Shown here: positions 10,956 through 19,387 of the stretch, one piece after another
Numbering within the stretch: the first letter of the stretch is position 1
Layout: the number at the start of each line of letters is the position of its first letter
Source: an uncultured Enterobacteriaceae bacterium
GTDB taxonomy: Bacteria > Pseudomonadota > Gammaproteobacteria > Burkholderiales > SG8-39
Reading direction: 5' to 3'
NCBI GenBank assembly: GCA_964461055.1
Contig: CAYWSG010000005.1
Location: forward strand, 20,206-84,205
Length of the DNA: 64,000 nucleotides
Notes under the pieces: generated by a model
Database searches by the model: none
What the model was told of the DNA's origin: nothing
The model's input: only the letters and a program-made list of their open reading frames with translations
Program-made: the position numbers and the translations under genes

Positions 10956-11869
10956 AAGGCAACGTCCGCATTGTGGAGGTCGGACCCCGCGATGGCCTGC
11001 AGAACGAGCCCGGGGAGGTGCCGACCGCGGTGAAGGTCGAGCTCATCGAGCGCCTGGCCGATGCAGGCCTGCCGGCGGTCGAGGCCACCGCCTTCGTCTC
11101 GCCGAAATGGGTTCCGCAGATGGCCGACCATACCGAGGTCCTCGAGCGCGTGCGAAGGAAGCCCGGCGTCTCGTACCCCGTGCTCACGCCGAACCTGAAG
11201 GGGCTCGAGGCAGCTCGCGCAGCGGGCGCCAACGAAGTCGCCGTGTTCGGGGCTGCCTCGGAAACCTTCTCCCGCAAGAACATCAACTGCTCCATCGAAG
11301 AGTCGCTCGAGCGCTTCCGGCCGGTGGTCGCCGAGGCGAAGCAGCACGGCATCAGGGTGCGCGGCTACGTCTCGTGCGTCCTCGGCTGTCCCTACGAGGG
11401 CGAGATCGCGCCCGAGCAGGTCGCCGACGTCGCGAGCCGGCTGTACGAGATGGGCTGCTACGAAATCTCGCTCGGCGACACCATCGGCGTCGGCACGCCC
11501 GGGAAGACGAAGGCGATGATCGAGGCGTGCGCGCTTCGGCTGCCGCGGGAGAAGCTCGCCGGCCACTTCCACGATACGTACGGCCAGGCGCTTGCGAACA
11601 TCTACGCCTCGCTGGAATGCGGCGTGAGGACATTCGACGCCTCGATCGCCGGCCTGGGCGGCTGCCCCTACGCGGCGGGAGCCTCGGGCAACGTCGCGAC
11701 CGAGGACGTCGTCTACATGCTGAACGGGCTCGGCCTCGGCACCGGCGTGGACCTGGACCGCCTGGTGGACATCGGCCAGTGGATCTGCAGCATCCTCGGC
11801 AAGCCGCCCGCCTCCAAGGCCGGGCGAGCCCTCGCCGCCAAGAAGGCAAAACGAGCCGAAGGTCGATGA
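10952..11869 (+). CDS. liuE: Hydroxymethylglutaryl-CoA lyase
   Basis: [40 protein letters not shown]. Confidence 0.95.
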   Translation: MKGNVRIVEVGPRDGLQNEPGEVPTAVKVELIERLADAGLPAVEATAFVSPKWVPQMADHTEVLERVRRKPGVSYPVLTPNLKGLEAARAAGANEVAVFGAASETFSRKNINCSIEESLERFRPVVAEAKQHGIRVRGYVSCVLGCPYEGEIAPEQVADVASRLYEMGCYEISLGDTIGVGTPGKTKAMIEACALRLPREKLAGHFHDTYGQALANIYASLECGVRTFDASIAGLGGCPYAAGASGNVATEDVVYMLNGLGLGTGVDLDRLVDIGQWICSILGKPPASKAGRALAAKKAKRAEGR

Positions 11870-12072
11870 AGTCGCCCTGCATCAACGTGTGCGTCATCGA
11901 CCCGGCGGACGGCCAGTGCAAGGGCTGTGCGCGAACGCTCGACGAGATCGCGCGCTGGGCTGCCATGAGCGATGGCGAGCGGGACGCGATTCTTGCAGCC
12001 CTCGAAGACCGCAGGAAGCAGCGCAAGGGCGCCTCAGATGTCGTCGAAGTCTCCGTGCCGCCCCTTTCCTGA
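11866..12072 (+). CDS. DUF1289-type small Cys-rich protein
   Basis: [35 protein letters not shown] overlap with liuE. Confidence 0.8.
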   Translation: MKSPCINVCVIDPADGQCKGCARTLDEIARWAAMSDGERDAILAALEDRRKQRKGASDVVEVSVPPLS

Positions 12073-12219
12073 GGCGAAGCGCGCGGCGCACGCACATCTG
12101 AGGGAAGCGGGCGATCTCATGGGCCATCGCCTCTGCGGCCTCGCGGCAGCTTCCATCGCTTCCGGCCTGGAATGAATCACGGTCCAGACCCTGCCCTTCT
12201 TCTCGATTCTCACTGCCAT
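12034..12219 (-). pseudogene. Internally deleted enoyl-CoA hydratase (crotonase) remnant
   Basis: AAGGAGG SD, then MAVRIEKKGRVWTVIHSRPEA (crotonase N-terminus). A shifted frame reads GSCREAAEAMAHEIARFPQMCVR, then [17 protein letters not shown]-stop (crotonase C-terminus). Only 186 nt in total. Confidence 0.7.
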
Positions 12220-12233
12220 GGAGAGCCTCCTTC

Positions 12234-12860
12234 GTGCGGACGATAGATTGGTATTTCGACTTTGTTTCGCCGTACTCCTATCTTGCGCTCTACCGGCTGA
12301 GGGAGCTGCCCCAGGACGCGAGCGTGCGCTACCGCCCGGTGCTTTTCGCGGGCCTGCTCGCCCATTTCGGCCAGAAGGGACCGGCAGAAATCGCCGCCAA
12401 GCGCAAGTGGACGTATCGATGGTGCACCTGGTGGGCGCGCAAGCTCGGCGTGCCGTTTCGCTTTCCCGCCGCCCATCCGTTCAATCCGCTCCAGCACCTG
12501 CGCCTGGCCATCGCGGCGGACTGCGCGCCCGCAGCGGTTCTGCAGGTCTTCGACGACGTCTGGACGAGCGGCGAGGACGCCGGGGATCCCCGCCGCGTCG
12601 AGCGCCTGTGTCGCCTCCTCGGCGTCGATCCCGCCCGGCTGGCCGAGCCGGACGTCAAGGACGCGCTGCGGCGCAATACCGATGAGGCCGCGGCGCGCGG
12701 CGTCTTCGGCGTGCCGAGCTTCGTCGTGGACGACGAGGTGTTCTGGGGCGCCGACGCGATCGACTTCCTCAAGGCATGCCTTGTCGATCCGGGGCTTCTT
12801 CAAAGCGACGAGATGCGGCGGGTGTCGAGCCTGCCTGTCGGCGCTTCGCGGAAGGCCTAA
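12234..12860 (+). CDS. 2-hydroxychromene-2-carboxylate isomerase / DsbA-like (GST kappa) protein
   Basis: IDWYFDFVSPYSYL, PVLFAGLL, GVFGVPSFVVDDEVFWGAD. GTG start. Confidence 0.88.
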   Translation: MRTIDWYFDFVSPYSYLALYRLRELPQDASVRYRPVLFAGLLAHFGQKGPAEIAAKRKWTYRWCTWWARKLGVPFRFPAAHPFNPLQHLRLAIAADCAPAAVLQVFDDVWTSGEDAGDPRRVERLCRLLGVDPARLAEPDVKDALRRNTDEAAARGVFGVPSFVVDDEVFWGADAIDFLKACLVDPGLLQSDEMRRVSSLPVGASRKA

Positions 12861-12907
12861 GAAACAACTGGGCCCCCGCCTGCGCGGGGCGACCTGTTCG
12901 GACCGTC

Positions 12908-14176
12908 TTACCCGTACTTGCGCTGGTCGTCGATCACCTTGCCGTCGTTCGGCAGGGCGCCGGGCGCGACGAGCTCGACCTCGCCGCGCAGCTTGGTCAC
13001 CTCGCGGATGCTCGCCACGATCGCTTCCGCGAGCCCGGCCGGGCGCTCGCGCACTTCGCATCGCAGCGTCATGCGGTCGTTGCCCGACTCGCCCTCCACG
13101 ACGAGCCGGGCGCGCAGGATCTCCGGATGCCGGCGCGCGAGCTCGCTCACCTGGCCGGGGGTGACGAACATCGCGCGCACCTTGGTGCTCTGGTCGGCGC
13201 GACCCATCCAGCCCTTGATGCGCACGTTGGTACGGCCGCACGGGCTTCTGCCGGGCAGCACCGCCGAGAGGTCGCCGGTCGCGAAGCGGATGAGAGGATA
13301 GTCGCGGTTGAAAGTCGTCACCACCACTTCGCCGACCTCGCCGTCCGGCACGGGATCGCCGGTTCCCGGCCGCACGATCTCGACGAGGATGCCCTCAGCG
13401 ACGATCATGCCTTCGTTCAGCGTGCCATCGGGCATGAGCGACTCGTAGGCGATGAGGCCGAGGTCGGCGCTCGCGTAGCACTGCGTTACGCGGATGCCGC
13501 GCTCGCGCATGGCGCTACGCAGCGCCGGCGGCAGATACTCCGCGCCGACCATGGCCTTCCGCAGGGCGCCGATGTCGGCGCCAAGCTCGTCGGCCTTCTC
13601 GACGATGAGCTTCAGGAACGAGGGCGTGCCGATATAGCCGTTGGCGCGCAGCCCGGCGAGCGCGGCGACCTGCATCTCGGTCTGTCCCACGCCGCTCGGG
13701 ACCACGGTGCAGCCGATCGCCCGCGCGCCGGATTCGAGCATGGAGCCCGCCGGCGTGAAGTGATACGAGAACGTGTTGAGGACGATGTCGCCGGCCCGGA
13801 AGCCGCCGGCAAAAAGGGCGCGCGCGGTGCGCCACCAGTCCTTCGCCGTTCCTTCCGGGTCGTAGATCGGCCCGGGCGATACGAAGAGCTTGCCCAGCTT
13901 CTCCACCGGGGTGGCGTTCAGCCCGCCGAGCGGCGGCAGCGCCTTCTGCAGCGCCGCGAGGTCGGACTTGCGGGTGACCGGGAGCCGCGCCAGGGCCTTG
14001 CGCGAGGTCACCTTGCGCGGGTCGACGTCGGCGAGGATGCGTGCAAAGCCTGGCGCCCTGCGCTTGGCGTGCGCCACCTGGAGCGGAAGCGCGGCGAGCA
14101 GCGCCGCCTCGCGCACGCTCGGCGCCCGCGTCTCCAGCCGGTCGTAGTGCTCGGCCCGGGGCTTCTTCAGAGCCAA
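12908..14176 (-). CDS. Phenylacetate-CoA ligase-like AMP-binding enzyme
   Basis: LPVTRKSDL, FVSPGPIYDP, QCYASADLGLIAYE, DYPLIRFATGDLS, GRADQSTKVRAMFV. Confidence 0.85.
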   Translation of the reverse strand: MALKKPRAEHYDRLETRAPSVREAALLAALPLQVAHAKRRAPGFARILADVDPRKVTSRKALARLPVTRKSDLAALQKALPPLGGLNATPVEKLGKLFVSPGPIYDPEGTAKDWWRTARALFAGGFRAGDIVLNTFSYHFTPAGSMLESGARAIGCTVVPSGVGQTEMQVAALAGLRANGYIGTPSFLKLIVEKADELGADIGALRKAMVGAEYLPPALRSAMRERGIRVTQCYASADLGLIAYESLMPDGTLNEGMIVAEGILVEIVRPGTGDPVPDGEVGEVVVTTFNRDYPLIRFATGDLSAVLPGRSPCGRTNVRIKGWMGRADQSTKVRAMFVTPGQVSELARRHPEILRARLVVEGESGNDRMTLRCEVRERPAGLAEAIVASIREVTKLRGEVELVAPGALPNDGKVIDDQRKYG

Positions 14177-14973
14177 CGCTTGCGGCGCCGGTAGGATTTG
14201 ACGTCGCGGAAGCTCTTGCGCCCGCCCGAGGAGAAGCCGAGGTAGAACTCCTTCACGTCCTCGTTCTCGGCGAGCGACCGGCCTTCGCCGTCCATGACCA
14301 CACGGCCGTTCTCCAGGATATAGCCGTAGCCGGCGTAGCGAAGCGCGATGCTCGTGTTCTGCTCCGCAAGGAGGAAGCTCACCTTCTCCTTCTCGTTCAG
14401 ATCCTTGACGATGTCGAAGATCTCCTCGACGAGCTGGGGCGCGAGGCCCATCGACGGCTCGTCGAGCAGGATCATGGTCGGGCGAGCCATCAGGGCGCGG
14501 CCGATGGCCGTCATCTGCTGCTCTCCGCCCGAGGTATAGCCGGACTGCGAGTGCCGGCGCTCGCGCAGCCGCGGAAAGTAGTGGTAGACGCGCTCGAGGT
14601 CGTCCTTGACCGCGCCGCGCGAGCCGGATCGCGTGTAGGCCCCCGTCAGGAGGTTCTCTTCAACTGTCAGGTGCTGGAAGCAGTGGCGGCCCTCCATGAC
14701 CTGGCAGATCCCCCGCTTCACGAGCGCCGACGGATTCAGCCGGTCGATGCGCTCGTCGCGGAACGTGATGCTTCCCTTGGTCACCTCGCCGCGCTCGGCG
14801 CGCAGGAGGTTGGAGATCGCTTTCAGCGTGGTCGTCTTGCCGGCGCCGTTGGCGCCGAGGAGCGCCACGATGCCGCCTTCGGGAACGGTAAGGGACACGC
14901 CCTTCAGCACGAGGATGACGTGGTTGTAGATCACCTCTATGCCGTTTACCGCCAGCATGGCGTTGGTGCTCAT
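14167..14973 (-). CDS. ABC transporter ATP-binding protein (LivF-like)
   Basis: GANGAGKTT, TSGGEQQM, LLDEPSMGLAP. Start taken at ATG 14973 (MSTNAML). Confidence 0.92.
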   Translation of the reverse strand: MSTNAMLAVNGIEVIYNHVILVLKGVSLTVPEGGIVALLGANGAGKTTTLKAISNLLRAERGEVTKGSITFRDERIDRLNPSALVKRGICQVMEGRHCFQHLTVEENLLTGAYTRSGSRGAVKDDLERVYHYFPRLRERRHSQSGYTSGGEQQMTAIGRALMARPTMILLDEPSMGLAPQLVEEIFDIVKDLNEKEKVSFLLAEQNTSIALRYAGYGYILENGRVVMDGEGRSLAENEDVKEFYLGFSSGGRKSFRDVKSYRRRKRWL

Positions 14974-15024
14974 TCGCTGTTCCTGCCTGTTCGCGTTGCT
15001 GCCCGGGTGGTCTTCGACCTTCGT

Positions 15025-15076
15025 CCTTGCCGGAAGCAAGGCCCGCCCGCGCGGCAGCAGCGCCGCAGCGGGCGGG
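15025..15076. other. Tandem intergenic stem-loops downstream of the substrate-binding protein gene
   Basis: CCTTGC-CGGAA-GCAAGG (15025-15041) and CCCGCCCGCGCGGC-AGCAGC-GCCGC(A)GCGGGCGGG (15042-15076). No U-tract on either strand. Confidence 0.6.
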
Positions 15077-15099
15077 GAGGACTCGCCCGGCTCAGCCGG

Positions 15100-16452
15100 T
15101 CAGTCCGCTTCCTTCGCGCAGTCGCGCTTGGTGAGGTTCTTCTCCTGCGCGTACTTCGTGGCCGAAGCGCGGATCATCGGCGTGAGGATCGACGTATCGG
15201 CCTCGTACCGCGTGTTGGGTTGCACCTTCCAGGCCTTGCCGTCCCACGTGTGAATCATCGCGGTGCGCGCGCCGGCGTGGTCCACGCAGGAAGTGCTGAC
15301 CGGCGTCATGAACCCCGTAAGCCCCAAGCGCTTGATGGCGGCCTCGTCGATGTGGAGGTTCTCCAGTCCCCAGCGCACCTGCTCGCCCGTGAGCGGCTTC
15401 TTGCCGTAGCGGATCTGCGCGCGCTTCACCGCCTCGACGCCCATCATGGCCGAGACCATGCCCCGGTTGTAGAGCACCTCGCCGATCTTCGCCTTGTCGC
15501 CAGTGCCCTGGCCCTTGTCGTACACGTACTTGATGATGTCCTTGTGGACCTGCCCCTGGCCGGCGGGAGCCAGGAACACGAGCGCGTTGTAGCCCTTCGC
15601 GCCGCTGCCGGCCGGCTCGACGTCGGGCTCGGCCCCCGACCACCACACCCCGTACATCTTGTTGCGGGGATAGCCAGTCGCGACCGCTTCCTTGATGGCG
15701 GTGGAGTTCATGACGCCCCAGCCCCAGAGGAAGACATAGTCGGGCCGCTGCTGGCGGATCTGCAGCCAGGTGGCCTTCTGCTCCACGCCCGGGTGCGTAA
15801 CAGGCAGCAGGAGCAGGTTGTAGCCGTGCATCTTCGCGCGCTCCTCGAGGAGCGCGATGGGCTCCTTGCCGTAGGGCGAGTCGTGGTACACGAGCGCGAT
15901 CTTCTTGCCCTTCAGCTTGGCGAGGCCGCCCTCGAGCTTGCCGACGTGCTGCACGAGGATGTCGGCCGCGTCCCAGTACGTGCCGCCGAGCGGGAAGTTC
16001 CAGCCGAAGACGCTGCCGTCCACCGAGTCGGCGCGGCCGTAGCCCGCGGTGATGAGCGGAATGTGGTCGTTGAACGACTTGTCGGTGAGCGCGAAGGTGA
16101 TGCCGGTGGAGAGCGGCTGGAACAGCGTCGCGCCCGTGGGCCCCTTGCCCTTCAGGCGCTCATAGCATTCGACGCCGCGGTCGGTGGCATACCCGGTCTC
16201 GCACTCTTCGAACGTGATGCGCACGCCGTTGATGCCGCCATCGCGCGCGTTGACGAGCTTCAGGTAATCGACATAGCCGTTGGCGAACGGAACGCCGTTC
16301 GGCGCGTACGGCCCCGTGCGATACACCAGCGCGGGGAAGAACTGCTCCTTCGCCTGCGCGTACGCGGGCGCGCTCGTCATGGCCGCGCCCACCGCGGCCA
16401 GGGCGGCGATGGCCAGCCCCGCCCGCACGTGGATCTTCCGCTGCTCTTTCAT
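15100..16452 (-). CDS. ABC transporter substrate-binding protein (Leu/Ile/Val-binding superfamily)
   Basis: Signal peptide ending AYA-Q; YRTGPYAPNG, ECETGYATDRGVECYERLK, PGVEQKATWLQIR. GAGGAG SD 7 nt before ATG 16452. Confidence 0.9.
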   Translation of the reverse strand: MKEQRKIHVRAGLAIAALAAVGAAMTSAPAYAQAKEQFFPALVYRTGPYAPNGVPFANGYVDYLKLVNARDGGINGVRITFEECETGYATDRGVECYERLKGKGPTGATLFQPLSTGITFALTDKSFNDHIPLITAGYGRADSVDGSVFGWNFPLGGTYWDAADILVQHVGKLEGGLAKLKGKKIALVYHDSPYGKEPIALLEERAKMHGYNLLLLPVTHPGVEQKATWLQIRQQRPDYVFLWGWGVMNSTAIKEAVATGYPRNKMYGVWWSGAEPDVEPAGSGAKGYNALVFLAPAGQGQVHKDIIKYVYDKGQGTGDKAKIGEVLYNRGMVSAMMGVEAVKRAQIRYGKKPLTGEQVRWGLENLHIDEAAIKRLGLTGFMTPVSTSCVDHAGARTAMIHTWDGKAWKVQPNTRYEADTSILTPMIRASATKYAQEKNLTKRDCAKEAD

Positions 16453-16492
16453 CTCCATCCTCCTCGAAAAAAGACTTCCCATCATAGCCCCG

Positions 16493-17557
16493 TCAATGCG
16501 GGAACGGCCAGAGCCGGAGCTTTTCCTTTCCTATGGCCCAGAGCCTGGCGAGGCCATGGGGCTCGACGATCAGGAACAGCACGATCAGCGCGCCGAAGAT
16601 CATGAACTCGAGATGCGAGGCGGTCGCAGTGGAGATCGGCGCCCCCAGCCACTGCGGCACCTGGTTCAGCAGGATCGGCAGCACGACGATGAAGGCGGCG
16701 CCGAAGTACGACCCCATGATCGACCCCATGCCGCCGATGATGATCATGAAGAGCAGGTTGAGCGACAGCGTGAGGTTGAAGGCGAGCGGCTCCCAGGAGC
16801 CGAGGTGGATGAAGCCCCACAGGGCCCCGGCGATGCCGCAGTAGAAGGAGCTCACGGCAAAGGCGCTCAGCTTGGCGTAGACGGGCCGGATGCCGATCAC
16901 CTCGGCGGCGACGTCCATGTCGCGGATCGCCATCCACGCCCGGCCGATGTGGCCGCGCACCAGGTTCTTGGCGAGCACGGTGAAGAAGATGAGCACCGAG
17001 AGCAGGAACAGGTACTTCTCCACCGGCGAGTCGATGCGCCAGCCGAAAAGCTCGATCGGCGCCGTCGACACCGAGCCCGAGTGGGAATAGTCCGTGAACC
17101 ACTTGACCCGGGCGAACAGCCAGTCGATGAAGAACTGGGCGGCGAGCGTCGCCACCGCCAGATACAGTCCCTTGATCCGCAGGCTCGGGATGCCGAACAG
17201 CATCCCGACCGCAGCAGCGATGAAGCCCGCGAGGACGAGCGCCACCAGGAAGTTGATCCCGGGCAGGCGCACGACCAGGTTCCAGGCGGCATAGGCGCCG
17301 ACCGCCATGAACGCGGCATGCCCGATGGAGATCTGGCCGCAATAGCCCACGAGCAGGTTCAGGCCGATCGCTGCGAGCGCGAGGATCAGGAACGGAATCA
17401 GCATCGACAGGAAGAGGTAGTCGCTCGCAAGGAGCGGCACCGCCAGGTAGGCGAAGGCGATGAGCCCGATCATGAAGACGCGATCCTGCAGCACGGGCAG
17501 CATCTGCTGGTCCGCGCGGTAGGTGGACTTGAACTGGCCGTTCTCGCGATAAAGCAT
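16493..17557 (-). CDS. Branched-chain-type ABC permease (LivM-like)
   Basis: GLNLLVGYCGQISIGHAAFM, LRIKGLYLAVATLA, GRAWMAIRDMDVAAEVIGI, IIIGGMGS. Confidence 0.92.
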   Translation of the reverse strand: MLYRENGQFKSTYRADQQMLPVLQDRVFMIGLIAFAYLAVPLLASDYLFLSMLIPFLILALAAIGLNLLVGYCGQISIGHAAFMAVGAYAAWNLVVRLPGINFLVALVLAGFIAAAVGMLFGIPSLRIKGLYLAVATLAAQFFIDWLFARVKWFTDYSHSGSVSTAPIELFGWRIDSPVEKYLFLLSVLIFFTVLAKNLVRGHIGRAWMAIRDMDVAAEVIGIRPVYAKLSAFAVSSFYCGIAGALWGFIHLGSWEPLAFNLTLSLNLLFMIIIGGMGSIMGSYFGAAFIVVLPILLNQVPQWLGAPISTATASHLEFMIFGALIVLFLIVEPHGLARLWAIGKEKLRLWPFPH

Positions 17558-17558
17558 C

Positions 17559-18560
17559 TCAGACCCTGTCGATGTGCCGCTCGCCGAACAGGCCCTCGGG
17601 CCGCACGAGCAGGAAAAGCAGCGCGAGGACGTACGCGAACCAGTTCTCGATGCCGCCGCCGGCGAGGTCGAACGCCGCGACGAGCGGCGGCGCGAGGAAC
17701 ACCTCGGCCATCTTCTCGCCCACGCCGATGATGAGGCCGCCGATGATGGCGCCGGGAACGGAGGTGAACCCGCCCAGGATCACGACCGGAAGCGCCTTCA
17801 GCGCGACGAGCGAGATCGAGAACTGCACGCCCAGCTTGCCGCCCCAGATCACCCCGGCCACGATGGCGACGATGCCGGCGACGGCCCAGACGATCACCCA
17901 GATGTGGTTGAGCGGGATGCCGATGGACTGCGCCGCCTGGTGGTCGTCGGCGACCGCCCGCAGGGCGCGCCCGGTCGCCGTCTTCTGGAAGAAGAGCGCG
18001 AGCGCGCCGACCAGGATGATGGCGACCACCGCGGCGACCACGTCGTCGCGGTTGATGAGAATCCCGCCTTCGAGCACGTTGTCCAGGACCAGGACCGGCT
18101 CTCGCGCGATGCCGAGGTCGATCGAGTAGATGTCGCTGCCCCAGACGGTCTGCCCGAAGCCGTCGAGGAAGTAGGTGACGCCGAGGGTCGCCATGAGGAG
18201 CGCCACGGCGTCCTGATTGACGAGCGGGCGCAGCACGACGCGCTCGATCACCATCGCGAGCACGACCATGATCACGATGGCCACCAGGATCGCCGCCCAG
18301 AGCGGCATCCGCTCCGCGAGCCGCGCCACCGACAAGGCGGCGAAGAGCACCATGGCGCCCTGGGCGAAGTTGAAGACGCCCGAGGCCTTGAAGATCAGCA
18401 CGAAGCCGAGCGCCACGAGCGAATAGAGCACGCCGGTCATGAGGCCGCCAAGGAGGACCTCGAGCCAGAAGCCGAGCGGCGTGACGCCGAGCGCGAGCGG
18501 GGCGAAGAGCCCGACCACGAGGAGGGTGCAGAGCGCGATGACGGGGACGTGCGCTTTCAT
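17559..18560 (-). CDS. Branched-chain-type ABC permease (LivH-like)
   Basis: YSLVALGFVLIFKASGVFNFAQG, GRALRAVADDHQAAQSIGI, ILGGFTSVPGAIIGG. Confidence 0.92.
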   Translation of the reverse strand: MKAHVPVIALCTLLVVGLFAPLALGVTPLGFWLEVLLGGLMTGVLYSLVALGFVLIFKASGVFNFAQGAMVLFAALSVARLAERMPLWAAILVAIVIMVVLAMVIERVVLRPLVNQDAVALLMATLGVTYFLDGFGQTVWGSDIYSIDLGIAREPVLVLDNVLEGGILINRDDVVAAVVAIILVGALALFFQKTATGRALRAVADDHQAAQSIGIPLNHIWVIVWAVAGIVAIVAGVIWGGKLGVQFSISLVALKALPVVILGGFTSVPGAIIGGLIIGVGEKMAEVFLAPPLVAAFDLAGGGIENWFAYVLALLFLLVRPEGLFGERHIDRV

Positions 18561-18573
18561 GGTCGCGGCGGTC

Positions 18574-19386
18574 TCAATGGCTGGTGCCGAGATAGGCGTC
18601 GATGACGGCCTGGTTGGAGCGCACCTCCTCGGGCACGCCGTCGGCGATCTTGCGGCCGTAGTCGAGCACCACGACGCGGTCGGAGATGTCCATGACCACG
18701 CCCATGTCGTGCTCGATGAGCACGATGGTGGTGCCGAGCTGGTCGTTGGCGTCCAGGATGAAGCGGCACATGTCCTGCTTTTCTTCGAGGTTCATGCCCG
18801 CCATCGGTTCGTCGAGCAGCAGCATCTGCGGCTCGGAGGCGAGCGCCCGCCCCAGGTCGACGCGCTTCTGCAATCCGTAGGGCAGCCGCCCCACCGGGAT
18901 CTTGCGGTAGGCCTGGATCTCGAGGAAGTCGATGATCCGCTCCACCTTCTCGCGGTGCTCGAGCTCTTCGCGCTCGGCCGGGCCGATGCGGATCGCCTGC
19001 GCGAGGATGCTCGAGCGCATGCGGAGGTTGCGCCCGGTCATGATGTTCTCGAGCACGCTCATGCCCTTGAAGAGGGCGATGTTCTGGAAGGTGCGGGCGA
19101 TTCCCATGACCGCCGCACGACGGGGCTGCATGTCGCTGAACGTCTGGTTGCGGAAGCGGATGCGGCCCTTCTGCGGGTGGTAGACGCCATTGATGACGTT
19201 CAGCATGGAGGACTTGCCGGCGCCGTTCGGGCCGATGATGGCGCGCACCTCGTGCTCCCGCACGTCGAACGACACGTTTTGCAGCGCCTTCACGCCGCCG
19301 AAGGAGAGCGAGACGTCCTCGACCGCGAGGATCACCTCGCCGACCGTGCGGCCGGTGGAGTGCAGGTGGACTTCGGGGGCCGTCAT
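18574..19386 (-). CDS. ABC transporter ATP-binding protein (LivG-like)
   Basis: GPNGAGKSS, LPYGLQKRVDLGRALA, LLDEPMAG, IEHDMGVV. Confidence 0.92.
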   Translation of the reverse strand: MTAPEVHLHSTGRTVGEVILAVEDVSLSFGGVKALQNVSFDVREHEVRAIIGPNGAGKSSMLNVINGVYHPQKGRIRFRNQTFSDMQPRRAAVMGIARTFQNIALFKGMSVLENIMTGRNLRMRSSILAQAIRIGPAEREELEHREKVERIIDFLEIQAYRKIPVGRLPYGLQKRVDLGRALASEPQMLLLDEPMAGMNLEEKQDMCRFILDANDQLGTTIVLIEHDMGVVMDISDRVVVLDYGRKIADGVPEEVRSNQAVIDAYLGTSH

Positions 19387-19387
19387 C

